A stretch of 58,526 bases of DNA, counting the filler, from Sphacelaria rigidula (Eukaryota): NCBI GenBank assembly GCA_964200075.2. It is 7 parts of 7 records of this genome, joined end to end, with 100 filler letters (N's around TTAATTAATTAA, not from the genome) between each part and the next. Parts side by side here need not be neighbours in the genome. Positions count along the whole stretch, not along the records: positions 8,377 to 16,651 come from CAXNAA020011688.1; positions 16,752 to 25,026 come from CAXNAA020011689.1; 5 more parts are not named here. One strand, written 5' to 3'. Within the stretch, counting starts at the first letter, position 1. Each line of letters starts with the position of its first letter. Below, in pieces: positions 12,862 through 24,524 of this stretch. A program made the position numbers and the translations under genes. The notes beneath the pieces were generated by a model that saw nothing but the letters and a program-made list of their open reading frames with translations, ran no database searches and was not told the origin of the DNA.

Positions 12862-12893
12862 TCAATAGTTGTGGCGTAAGGGTTAGTAACATA

Positions 12894-13367
12894 TGGTCGT
12901 TGTGGCGTTCGTGAACGGCAAAATGGCGAGAAAAAAGCCGAATGTGTGGACAATGGGTGGAATCGGCGCGTAGTTTCCCTTACGTGCTGTGTGCCGCATC
13001 AGGTACAGTGTAGGGAGCGATGGCCCAGGATCGGTAGTTTCTGGGCCGACTGCTGGCCCAGATAAGGAACGATTGAACAAGAATTCCTAGATCAGGTATA
13101 CCTGGCCGAAATTCGGCCGAGAAAGGGGAAGTGATTTCTGGAGGCGAAACGTCCTTCTGCGCATGGCCATATCTCGTGAGTAACATGTTTTTCTGTTTTT
13201 TCTCCCCCGAGGCTCGGGTGCCAAGGAGCCCCCCGATTGCTGTGCATGAAAACTTCGGAGCGAAATCGGTCAAGATCGTGTGTTGTGCTGTTTTCGCATT
13301 TTTGGTCATTATTCGTACCTCTATTAGGCAAAGTACGAGGAGGTATACCTTTTCTAGGCCATTGCTC
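12894..13367 (-). repeat. Right arm of the ~480-bp inverted repeat
   Basis: See 11033-11510. Confidence 0.9.
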
Positions 13368-13391
13368 TTCTCATTTTCTCCTTTGGGTATT

Positions 13392-14493
13392 AGAGAGTTT
13401 CGGAAGATGTTTTTTGTCATGATGAAGTCAGAGTGCAGAGTGGAAGCTTCGAAACTTCACAGTGAACCTTAAAAAGTTCATAGGGGAAGCTGATGTGACG
13501 TGGCTTGTCGTGCTTTTTTTTTGTCGCAGTGATTGGCCACAGGATGCCCCGCCAAATGTACGATCGACCAGCGTCCACTTCGAAAGTTCCTAAGGCGGCA
13601 CAACACTGACTGTACCGTACACTGCGGCACCGTATGCACCATACACTACGCTTGTCCACCGCACCTGCAGTACTTCAATCTACTACGGCGTACTTCAGGA
13701 CACTGTAGTGCTGTAGTGCTTCAGTGCTGTGCAGCGTGGAGTATAGTTCAGTACAGAGAGTGCAACCCTACAACAGTCCATCGCGACGCTGTGAACTATT
13801 ATACTGCACAGCGATACCGTACAGAGAGTCAGTTGTACAAACAGTAGTATAAACAGTAGTACAAAGAGCACGGTACGCAGCACTTTCAAACAGCAGACCT
13901 CGGCCGCATTGCGATGATTTTTTCCACATGCCACCCATAACGGTGGTGCAAGACGTCATGATCTCTCACGGGATGGGAATACAGCCAGGTGTAGTACTGC
14001 TCGTGCGCTGTAGACTACGAAGCGTTCCCTCCGTCCTCTTCCATCTGAAGCTGGCAAGAATGAGGAAGTGCACCCAACGCAACGTGTTCCCGTCGAGCAT
14101 CCTAATTTTCACGCAACACAATGAAGCGGATTGCTGATACTATGGCGGCGTCAGGGAGGTCTTCTGATTGCGATGCCAAGCTTTTCTACTTCGTGAGTGG
14201 CCCACTGTGATGAGTGTGGCAATTTTGATGGATGAATGTCCCACTTTGCTTGTTAGGGTGTAATGACGTTGGACTGGACGTGACCATGGTGGTGAAGGTG
14301 AGCGTAGTTCTTTTTCATCCCGCTTTGAACTCTGAAGAGGAACAACGGTTTTCGGAGTAAGTGGTGCAAACGGGACTCTCACTCTAAAAACAAGTGCTCT
14401 GAAAAATACTTCATAGCGGAAAGTGACTGTTACCGGCTATTTTCCCTACCACTCTGACTCTAAGGTTTGAAAAAACGCTTTCCGAAACGCTCT
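13392..14493. mobile_element. Non-autonomous TIR element with 3-bp ATT target duplication (PIF/Harbinger-like)
   Basis: ATT|AGAGAGTTTCGGAA ... TTCCGAAACGCTCT|ATT. A second copy of the left half ends at 42596 with the same terminus. Confidence 0.7.
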
Positions 14494-14769
14494 ATTATAC
14501 GAACAGTGACTAGATAGGTTACAGGGTGAAGGTCTTATTCCGACATAGCAATTGGTGCATTTTTTTTCATTGAAGGTTCAAATTCGTGACTGCCAAGTAC
14601 GTGAGTGGAGGCACTATTCATTCGTAGGGTGTTTTTCACGAGCATTGCTCTTAGTTGACAATGTCCATGTTACTCTTTGGCGTGTAGAGGAAGAGTCGAT
14701 TGTGAGCTTGCTGTCTGGGACCCCGAGGTGGGTACCAACTTCTCCTGGTGGATGATATGTTTTCTGTGC

Positions 14770-15070
14770 GTGTTGTCATCCCATTCATTCTGGACGTCGG
14801 TCTACATCTTTCGGTATATGTGGGCGCACCAGCCGGGGTCACACAGGAGAAAGGCCAACACAGGAGTTTTTTTTCATTTCTCCACCTTCCTTCCGTGGTG
14901 CTTGCCCTTATTTTTTATCGCGAGAGGGGTTCAGCAGTCCCTTTCCCTCGTCGACCGTTGAGTCGAATTTTGTGTACCCACGACATAGCCGCTCTCCACT
15001 GTTGGGCGTTGTGTGATGAAAAAAACTCAGATCACTCCGAGACTCGAACCCACGACCCAACCGTTAAGGA
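14770..15070 (-). mobile_element. Probable tRNA-derived SINE
   Basis: The minus strand has GTGGGTTCGAGTCTC (B-box-like, ~15040-15053) at the head of a ~300-bp non-coding body; there is no full cloverleaf. Confidence 0.5.
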
Positions 15071-16432
15071 TAAATGGCAAATTTACAAGGTTGCTGTGGT
15101 GTTCTGTAGGGTATGCCGCCGGAAATTATTGATGAGGTAATCACGAAGGAATAAAAGAGGTATGATGCTATCGGAAAATGACCTTTGAGACCATACCGGA
15201 ATGTTCGGTACACGAAGCAAAGTGCCGTATGAGGCCCACCTTAAGCCACCCCTGACGCCAATGGCCGGTTTGTCGGCAGTGTTTCGTCTTGAACCGATAT
15301 TTTAGCATCCAACGATAGCTTAGACTACTCTCCAACATCCCCCCCCCCAAAAAAGAGTGATATGGAGAGGCGGTAACGGCTCTGCGGTTCATGGTTCCTC
15401 CGCGCAGAAAAGTCTGGAAGCACGACTGCTGTCCTATTTAGCACATTTTTGCGTATTATGCGACTACCTGCGTTCTGGAACGTCTCAGAACCCAATACTT
15501 GGTATGCACATCATGTGCGTACTTGACATCACTATCGAAAAAAAAGCACTCTCATGCCCATATCCGGGGACAAAAAACACACACATCCCCGGGGTTCAGG
15601 ACCGTCGATTTCGGGGTAATTTTTCGTGTATTTTTACTTCATGCGTGCCCCGTGCAAGGCAGGCGGCGCAAAATCAACAGTTTGATTCATTGATTGACTG
15701 CTGTGTGGACATGTGAAGGCTCCCGAAAACAAATCATGGGTTTTGGTGCCAGTTTGCTCACTTTATAGGGGTTCAAGCATGGGCACATGCTCCAGATCTC
15801 GCCCGCGCCACACTTGAAGCAATATAAAATTCCTTGTCGGGTCAAAACTGCTGTAGGACCGATTGCTGTACCCTTTTCACATCCGCTCTTCAGATGGCGA
15901 GTGCTGTACAGCGCTAAAACAGCCCTTTCAGCCGCCGTAGGTTTCATGTGATTGCTTCTGTCAGTGCTTCGGGCCGCCTGGGCCACGCTCAAGTCTACAT
16001 GTGTCACCTTTTGCTTCGTCCTTAGCAGCACGGTCGACACCAAACCAACATCAGCCTGCACGGCCAGACCCAGTGATTGTGACTGCCGTAGCTCGTGAGT
16101 GACGATGTCGATCGGCACGCTGAAGAGCGCAAACGAAAGCTGGAGATGTAGACTCACCGTTGCGAACGAAAAAAGTGGGAGTTCCATGTAGTGAGCATCA
16201 TTTTATAACCGTTTTTTCCGAAGTGTGCTTAATATGGCACTGGGCCTAGTAGGGCACTTTCCTCTATTCCGGTATGGTTTATATATAGCATGCCAACCGA
16301 ATATCCACCACTTGCTAGTGTACCTTATCTAAGCAGAACACAACCTTGAAAAATTGAACAAATTATAAATATTTCACAGATCTGACGACTCATGACTTAC
16401 CTCAGTGATGCTGTATCGCGCACGGGCCGAAA

Positions 16433-16580
16433 AAATGTGCACCGCTGAGTTGTCTCCTTTAACTCACTCGACCAGAATGTGCACCGCTGAGTTGTCTTTT
16501 ATAACTCACCAGACCGGAATTTGCACCGCGGAATAGTCTTCTATAGCTTACCCGACCAGAATATGCATCGCTGATTTGAA
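16433..16580. repeat. ~42-bp tandem minisatellite x3.5
   Basis: AATGTGCACCGCTGAGTTGTCT...GACC is repeated with decay. Confidence 0.85.
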
Positions 16581-16608
16581 TTCCCCCCCCCCCCCCTCCT
16601 TGTTATTA

Positions 16609-16651
16609 GCCTGGTCCGGCGAGAACCCGGCGTGCTCCGTCCCGGCTTTGT
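16609..16651 (-). repeat. Family A repeat truncated at contig end
   Basis: Reverse complement of ACAAAGCCGGGACGGAGCACGCCGGGTTCTCGCCGGACCAGGC. Confidence 0.85.
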
Positions 16652-16751
16652 NNNNNNNNNNNNNNNNNNNNNNNNNNNNNNNNNNNNNNNNNNNNTTAAT
16701 TAATTAANNNNNNNNNNNNNNNNNNNNNNNNNNNNNNNNNNNNNNNNNNNN
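16652..16751. other. Artificial contig spacer
   Basis: N44-TTAATTAATTAA-N44. Confidence 0.97.
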
Positions 16752-16856
16752 CTGCTACGATTGTTCGGCCCGAAGCCTACTGATTATCTTGCATTTTGAT
16801 GACAGCCTAAAATGAGTTGCTTTTACTTTCTGGCATCGCCACTTCCAGAGACAGGA

Positions 16857-16974
16857 GGGGGGGGGGGAGGTACTCGTGATCATGCATGCCATACTCGTAT
16901 GACCATTGATCTCGCATCCCTGTAAAGCCGGGGCGGAGCACGCCAGGGATTTGCCGGACCAGGCTCGCAATCAA
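16857..16974 (+). repeat. Family A repeat, apparently full length (~115 bp)
   Basis: polyG-GTACTCGTGATCATGCATGCC...CCATTGA..GCATCCCT.AAAGCCGGG.CGGAGCACGCC...GGACCAGGCT..CAATCAA. Confidence 0.85.
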
Positions 16975-17289
16975 TTTGGGCGGGGGGGGGTGAGGGGAGG
17001 TTATGCGTGCTTGCCTTTCCTGGCCAGTTTGTGTTCTAGTCGCAGCAGCTTTGTGTGCAAATAAAGGTCCGTGTGGTTGATGACTCTTGTGATGGGGGAT
17101 TGAGGTTTGCATGTGCAGGTAATTCATCGTTCACGCCCTCGACCTGTTTTATTTCTCGCACATTAGCTTATCTCCTAGGAATCCAGCCATGGTCATTAGA
17201 TAGGCGTACTGGAGGTAGATACACGGTGACGCTCGCCAAAGGAAAACCGACAAGGGGGAGTGCAGATGAAGGAAATACCAAGAATGCCG

Positions 17290-17380
17290 GATTATGGCGT
17301 ACTGTTCATGTGCCCACGGCTTGATTCCTAGGGATCAGTTGAATTGCGACAATTAATAAATCAATCAATCAATCATCAAT
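17290..17380 (+). mobile_element. 3' end of a retroposon with a (CAAT)n tail (family F)
   Basis: CACGGCT...TCAGTT.AA.TGCGACAAT followed by (CAAT)n; also at ~19980-20020(+), 24813-24880(-) and 29659-29720(-). Confidence 0.65.
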
Positions 17381-19860
17381 ATGTAACCCCGCTCCCCGAG
17401 ATAGAAAAGCGATAGGGCTCGGCCGTATGGAATCAGATAAGGAGGTCGTACAAGGAGCAGGTCGCGGCTCAGCTATACGGGGCCACCTCTCTACGTGGTT
17501 AGGAACTCTCACGCACCAGCTCTACAGGAGTGAGGCCCAAACACTGATGCGACTAGAAGAAAAAAAGGCAGACGAGAGAGAAGAAAAAAGACAAATTAAC
17601 AAACAAGATCAAGAACGAAAGAAAAGAGGCAAGTATTGACAACCAACAATGCTAGGGAATATCTCTAGAGTCATAGAGGCCAAGGAAAGAGGGGAGCGGT
17701 CGACAGGATCAGACAGGACTGGCAACTTTCCGTGTCATCCCCTCCTCCCCCTCAGTGGGGATTGCAACGCAGGCCACGCTCTCGACCATCTCTGCCTTCG
17801 ATACCGGGCGGACTGTTGCGGCCGTTGTTGCTCCAGCGATGACAGCTCTCCCATCGGCGGGTCTCGACGCAGCAGGCTCTGTTTTGCGGCGTAGCTCGGA
17901 TTGGCGGAGGTTTTTGCGTCGTACCTACGCCTGCTCCAACCCCTTCGCCCCCTCCAACCCCTTCGTCTCGTTCTCGACCCCGAGGTGTCACTTTCCCACG
18001 TCCTTCCCGGTAGGTATCATTATCCAATCTTGTGAGTCTTCGGTCTCCATACTCCATGCCGCCGACGAACCGCTTTCTTCGTTCTCTTTCGCGTGGTATA
18101 GCCCCTAGGGCATATAAGTTCTCCTGAAGGCAGGTCCATCAGTGATTGGAAAGCCGGCGGGGTGGGTCCCCTGAGACCTTGTGCGGCTAACCGTACGAGC
18201 ATGATGCGCTCCGGGAGAAGTTTTTCGTCCTTCGCGGAGAGGGCCCCCACGAACCAGGATTGATCCTCGCGCATGGTCGTCTGGATACGTTCGCAATTTA
18301 GTCATCTCGAGCACAGCACGGTATGGGAGAGTCTTGTCTCCACTGCCATCTTTCCAACGACCGGACGAGTAATGATTCGTTTGAAAATTACTCTTTTTTT
18401 TTCAAGGCGTAGTAGATTTGTACCGTACGAATCGATCAAGCCTTCGGTTGTGTTTTCAGCGTTGGACCCCAGGTACGCGCACCCCAGACACGTGGAATGG
18501 TGCAGAATTTCCGTGGAGACTTTTTTGATTCCGCGTTGTTGTTTTTTTTCTCTTACGAGCAATCAGGCCTCAAATATCGTAGATTTGGTTATTCAAACCG
18601 GCGATGATTTGTCCGACCGTTGCATCTTTCTGCAAGAACCAACTCTGCGTAGGAAAATCATGTGGTGGGTATTGCACAAGCTCTCGAGGCCTTCTGGCCG
18701 CGGTGCCCACGTTGTGCACCCGTACAGCATGGCTTGTACCACCTCTGTTTTAAGCAACCGGATGTGGAGCGATAGCCGAGCATTGGATCGATCGTGCAGT
18801 TAGGACTTGTGAATTCGGAGGCGTGCACACGCAGCGCTGGTGCGGTGCTTCGCTTAAATGGAACTGTTTGCATTTTCGCTTTGTAGAACCACCAAGATGG
18901 ACAAACTCGCCCGTACGTGTGCTTGTTTTATTGAGCTACAGCCTTGAAGTGCAGTGCGCCTCAGGGTAGCTGGGTACTGACCACAGAAGTACGGCCTCTC
19001 TCTCTGTCTTGTTCTCAGATACCATTTGTCTGAATTCCTAACTCCCGGACGGACGAACACCTTCAAACTCATAATCATAGGAAGCCTACTTGGCGACCTC
19101 GACGCTACTCTCGTGTCATTCACCACACCCCGCGTCGCATCCTCTCTAACGGCGTCTCTTATTTGAGGTTATCACCCCCATTCTTCGGCGCATCATCTAG
19201 GTATACCGAGTTCGAAATGATGGTTGGGTTTGCCGCGAAACGCTGTGAGTCTCTAGCAGACGTGGAACCAACCACTCTGATAGTCTGCCATAATCCTACT
19301 GTACCCGAGCTCGCATACCATCGTGGAGCATGCCAACGACCTTGATTATCCGCGGAGGGGCTCCAGAACGGGCAAGCCGCTCCCACAAGAGCGTACGGTC
19401 GACGTAGTCGTGCGTCTTCTGCAGGTCAATGAAGCACATGCTCCGTGGGATGTTTGTTGCTCGCCCGTCTCAACTCCTACAGCCAGTGAACCACAATTAT
19501 TATGTCGGTCAATCGTTTGCTCCGGAATTCTCGTTGTTCTTGGGGGAAATCGCTGCCTCGTGGCAGAAACTGCCGAGCGTATCGGCTACAATTTTGAGGA
19601 GAATTTTAACAGCATGCACTGCGAGAAAGATACCCCCATAGTTACAAAACGTGGGTCTTTTCCTCCTCGTGTCCGACTCCGGTAGTGGTGTCCCTCCGCT
19701 TTACTGTGGCACCATGCCAGATGTCTGGATAGCAACGATGGTGATGTGGAAGTAATGGGGGATCTTGAGAGGCTTCCCGAACAATCTTAGCTCGAGGGGT
19801 TCGACGGGGAGCCTATGTCGTCCCATCGCTTTGCCGTAAGGTCTCAGTCTATTCAACGTT
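17381..19860 (-). mobile_element. Decayed, 5'-truncated non-LTR retrotransposon (RTE-like LINE)
   Basis: The minus strand at ~19300-19445 reads MCFIDLQKTHDYVDRTLLWERLARSGAPPRIIKVVGMLHDGMRARV, matching the FxDLxKAYDxV..LW..L..G.P...HDGM reverse transcriptase motif. It has many stops and frameshifts; boundaries are approximate. Confidence 0.8.
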
Positions 19861-20512
19861 ATAAAAATGTACACGTCACAGTATACTTGCTCGGTTTTCG
19901 TAATTGACAGGCGGGTATTGGCTCGTCTATGCTATATTGTGGATAATGACCATGTCTGGATTATGCCTTCTCGGAAATCCGTTAATGTGCGACAATCAAT
20001 CAACCAACCAACCAACCAATGCATGGTTATCAAAACTGAAAAAACAAGCAACGCTTGGAGTATGACTGGAATGTGTTACACGACCGGGCGGGGCGGGCGA
20101 GGAAGGGGGACATGGTAGGGTGAGAGACCTTGCGGTCTTCGACAATTATCAGAAAGTTGTGTTTGCGTTCGTGTTTGGATTTTTTTTAATCAAAGCAAAA
20201 GGAGGTTATGGGACAACTTCATCGAAGTGATGAAAAATGACGAATCACGGGGGAAGCCGCCCACGGCGCATTATATCTCCAGTTTGCGTCATTGGCACCG
20301 GGTGATGAGAGTAGCGTGCTGTAGATGCGACAGCTTCCATGTGGGCATACCTCCACGACATCCATCGGATGGAAAGTCATCTGCCATTCCGAAATTACGT
20401 CTTGCGCCATTTCTCAGTCCGAAACACGTTACACCCTGCACCTATCAACCTCCCCACCCCTCCCGATGCCAAAACCGCACGCCCGTTCTGCTACTTCAAA
20501 TACGTGTGCCAG

Positions 20513-21451
20513 GTAAGGATACGGGGAGACACGGAAGAAAAGGTCCGAGCAGCCCACCGCGCTATTCTTGGCTTCGTGCAATACCGAAAGGTGGAATATT
20601 TCCTAGACCTCACAACAATCGCGACTAACCCGGCTCCGGCCGATGGCCGCGACGGCAGCACGGGCGGCGGCGGGGGCGGCGCCCCGACGCGTAAGCCACG
20701 GGCGGGCGGGGGCCAGGGTAGACCGCCTTCAAACGAGCGCTTGAGACACACGGTCGAGCTGTACGGATGCACGGCAGAGATAGAGGTGCAAGACGTGGGA
20801 CCTGTCGTATGTCCGTCGCCTGCGTTTTCTCCTTCCAGCAAACGGGGTGTCGCCGGCGCTGTCGCCGAGATCGGGAGCGGAGCAAACGTCCCGGGTAGCC
20901 CCGGCCACGTCGGTGGAATGGTGCCGTCGCCCGAGGCGCCCCACGAAGAAGAAAAAGAGGATAGGACTCTCCGTCGCGCGGAGGCCGTGGTACCTGAAGG
21001 TGCTTCCGCGTACCAACGACCAGCGATTAGCGGGACCGGAGGATACAACTCCAAGAAAAAACGGTCCTCTCAACACAATAGCGGCAACAGCAACGGTGGT
21101 AGCAGCAACCACAACAGCGGCAACCACAAAAAGCACACTATTCTCGTCGCAGGCGCCGGCTGTGGCGCAGGGCAATCGGGACGCGGGGGTCGAGCAACCG
21201 GCGGCGGTGGCGGCAGCACTGCTGCGGGTGTCGGGGGCTCGCTCGAGCGCGACTACAAATCCAGGGCGACGGCGACGAAGAGCGGACGCACGCGGCGGGC
21301 GACGGGTGTCCTCATTGTGGGGCGGCCGATATTGGTGGACAAGGCCGCCGACGCGGTTCGAGCTCTGGTGTCGGGGTCGGGTGAGGCGGAGATTGTGCTG
21401 GGGGCGGCACGGGCGGCGACGATCGGAGCGTCCAGCTGGAGGGGTATCGAG
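20513..21451 (+). CDS. Exon of a protein with degenerate KH-like repeats and low-complexity linkers (partial gene)
   Basis: Bounded by CCAG|GTA and GAG|GTAGGG; 939 nt, phase 0/0. Encodes VRIRGDTEEKVRAAHRAI and VLIVGRPILVDKAADAVRALV, both of the KH-type beta-G-alpha pattern. Confidence 0.75.
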
Positions 21452-22569
21452 GTAGGGGCAAGATGAACGCGTTGGTGTAGTTCTTTTGATGTGTGCATGT
21501 TGTGCTGGCTGGCGGCTGAGGCCACTTATGCTTCTGCTGTGCGTGTCTATTGTCATTTCGCCTCCTGTGCACACCTACGTACAGTAGGCGGTTTTCTTTA
21601 TTCACGAGTAATGACACGGTAGCCCTCCCCAGAAACGTGTGATGGGGACCGAGGCGGAATCTACATGTGAGGTGTTTAGACCTACCTTCCGGAGCCAGCT
21701 AGTTACATCTGCATTCTTCAAAGTAAAGAGTCAGAAGAGCTTTTTGAAAACAGCAGTATTGGCAATCGCATTCAGAATAAACTTTCATACCCGGTTTCAG
21801 ACACCAGCTATCTGCATTCTTCTCAATAAGTTCTAAGGTCTGGTTTCTGTGACCGCTCACCATCTCACAGCGCTGCATGGTCACTTCTTCATGACAGTTT
21901 TCTTGCCCTTTTGGGGGTGGAGAGGGGGGAGGGACTATCACGGTATCACTCTTACGCTGTTGCCTTTGCGTCTCGGTGAGTGTGTTGACTAGTTGCGAAT
22001 GTCTCGATGTTGTTTTTTGTTCTAGATTCCTTCCCTTGAAGATATAATAGCTCTATCTGGCGTTACCGGCGTGTTTCGCCGCGCATGTTGCCCCGTGGGT
22101 GTTGTTCCCTGCGTGTTTGTGCTGCTCGGGATGAAGGACGACCACCAAGGATGGTGGGTGACCTTTTCTCTCTAGCGTGGTGCTGGATGTTTTTTCTCTT
22201 CTATAAAACCCAAGAGCTTTCACGTCGTCGTAGTGCTTGTGCACGAACATTAAGCCTGCGTGATGGAGCTTGACTATGAATGTTTACTTCGTGACCAACA
22301 CCTACCTTGAAGAGTGTTGTAAAGAGAAGAGTCAGGCCACGGGAGGGGGGCCGCACATTTGAACCGGAAAGTTTTTCCTCGGGGGGTTCCTACACGTGGG
22401 AGCTACAGTGCTCAAGTCTGTGGGTGAATATGGGTCAGGACGTTCCCGTTTCAGACTTGATTCGAGAAATCCCTACTGGTAGCCCAGCCCATTTGAATGG
22501 TGATCGTCGCATGCTCTCACATATTTCATCAGTCGTTATTTTTTTCAGTTACTTATCTGTCGCACTTTG

Positions 22570-22872
22570 CACCCTTCCCCTTCCTCGGGACGAGTCTTGT
22601 GATCTCGACGGATCAACCCGTCTCTCCCCGGTACACGCCATGCATTTTGGTCTCGCGGATTGGATCATGACCAACACTCCCGCACCGCCGCAACTCTCGT
22701 CAAACAAACTCACCCGACTTTTTTTTGTCCACTCACGTACTTGCTCTTTTGGACGGTGAAAATCAGATATTTTGGATAAGAAAACCCACGGCATCGGATG
22801 TCGAACCCACGTTCTCTCCACCCTAATGGTGACGGTCGGATTATTTGAATTTGGACCACCGGGGCGCGGCGG
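22570..22872 (-). mobile_element. tRNA-derived SINE, family E, copy 2 (intronic)
   Basis: The minus strand has GGTGGTCCAA (A-box-like) and GTGGGTTCGAC (B-box-like); the body is shared with the 9905 and 41463 copies. Confidence 0.65.
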
Positions 22873-23497
22873 TTTTTTGATGAGATGAAGCGCTGTGAGC
22901 AAGTAGAACCTGAGATTTGTTTTGTACGACCCTACCGCGGCACGCGTCAGGAGGAAAAACATGGATGTATCCCAGGCGCGTGTACGTATAAGCGTGCCTT
23001 CACGTCCACCTCAAGGTTCCAGATCGTTGGCGCCCATCAGGCCAAATTGCCTTCCTGTTTTTTTTTCTCCCGGTGTGCGGATGCCACTGCGGAGCTCGAC
23101 TCGACGCACGATTTCAGAGAACATTTGGTTCGTTAAGGGTGGACGAACGAGGGAAATCCCTGCGAACCTTCCGCGTACCGTAACATCCTGCGATGAAAAC
23201 GCGCGCCTTACCGACTTGACTACTTGGTCTTTTTGTCGCAAAAATCAGTTCCGGGTATATTTTTGCTCTTTTCGGTGGTTAATCACGACGATACGGGCAA
23301 CTTGATACATTCATTATTTCCACCACGCCATCGCCCAGGTGCTCTCTTTAAACCTCCGTGTTACTAAGCCCCCGAGCACGCGTTTCGACACAGTATTCCC
23401 TCTCTTATACATGCTATGGACAACACCTAACAAGCTCAGCCATGCGTCCCGCATTCACATGGTGTTGTTGGTTTGTGCTCCGATGCTGCTTGTGCAG

Positions 23498-23635
23498 GAA
23501 TCGAGTGGCGCCACTATCCAGAGAGACGAGTCGAGATCCTCTTTGAAGTTGACAGGGCCCGTAGAGGGGGTGGAGGCCGCCAGGCAGGAGCTGTACTCCA
23601 TGCTCGGCGTCATCTTCCATGGAGAGTTCGAGTCG
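23498..23635 (+). CDS. Next exon of the KH-like protein
   Basis: Bounded by TGCAG|GAA and TCG|GTACG; 138 nt, phase 0/0. Splicing gives WRGIE|ESSGATIQRDESRSSLKLTGPVEGVEAARQEL, a KH-like pattern. Confidence 0.8.
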
Positions 23636-23660
23636 GTACGATAATATGATGTTGTGCTTG

Positions 23661-23953
23661 GGAGGTGTCGGGGGGGCGTACTCATTAGTGGGTTGCCTTC
23701 GTCTTTCGACCATTGACCACGCATCCCTTTCGAGACGGAGCACCGTTCCTACTCCTGATAGAGACACCTTCAACATTCCGATGCTCATTACGTTTCTTGC
23801 ATACATTCCACAAAAACCTTCTACGTATCTTATCCCCGTCCTGTTTCGCCGTCTCTGGCCACATCTGGGAGGTGTCGGGGGGGCGTACTCATTTGTTGCT
23901 TGCCTTAGTCTTTCGACCATTGATCACACATCCCTTTCGAAACGGAGCACCGT
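23661..23953 (+). repeat. Two nearby copies of short repeat family B
   Basis: GGAGGTGTCGGGGGGGCGTACTCATT...TGCCTT.GTCTTTCGACCATTGA.CAC.CATCCCTTTCGA.ACGGAGCACCG at ~23661 and ~23868. Confidence 0.85.
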
Positions 23954-24109
23954 TTTACGCCTGGGGAAGGGGGGGGTTGAGTGAGAAGTGGGCACGGCAG
24001 CTAGGCACGTGTCTCGTAGTTCGTTGTGGTTTTATTTCACCTTGTTTTTCTGGTTTTCATCTTAAGTTGTTCTTGGACGCGTGCTTCGCGAAATTAAGGT
24101 GGCCTTGAT

Positions 24110-24240
24110 CTGCCGAGAGAGAGAAAGCGAGAGAGAGAGAATTTTACCGGAGAGATGTACCAGAAAGATGTACCAGAGAGATCTACCACCGATCTACCGG
24201 AGATATCTACCAGAGAGATCTCCCAGAGAGATCTACCACT
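24110..24240. repeat. AGAGATCTACC-type short tandem array
   Basis: ~11-bp motif repeated with variation. Confidence 0.75.
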
Positions 24241-24524
24241 CACCCGATGTCGTGTATAGATCCAACCGGATATGGCTACCAAGAAAAACAAACCTCAAGA
24301 GTCAAAGTGAATGGAACAAACCGAAAAATACGAGTTTGAAGTTAAGATATGTGAAGTCACGAGAAAGCTTCATCCGCAACCCGAAATATTTTGTGGAGTC
24401 AAAAACAAAAACAAAAAACTCTCATGCATGAAAACAACTAGGAGTCGTATACGGCAAAAAACACAGCAGTATTGAACACACAGTAATGATGAAAAAAAAA
24501 GGGTGAACTCAAACAATCAAACAG

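Noticed and set aside
15687-16187. 166-aa ORF as a gene (also 11960..12607, which spans repeats and a microsatellite)
   Set aside because: It has no recognisable motif or exon structure.
16433-16580. 42-bp array (also the 63-bp and 96-bp arrays) as CRISPR-like
   Set aside because: Whole units are similar to one another, with no unique spacers, no cas genes and a eukaryotic context.
20491-21617. Long antisense or alternative-frame ORFs (also 26720..27727 and 57528..58286)
   Set aside because: They are shadows of GC-rich coding sequence with no independent motifs or splice support.
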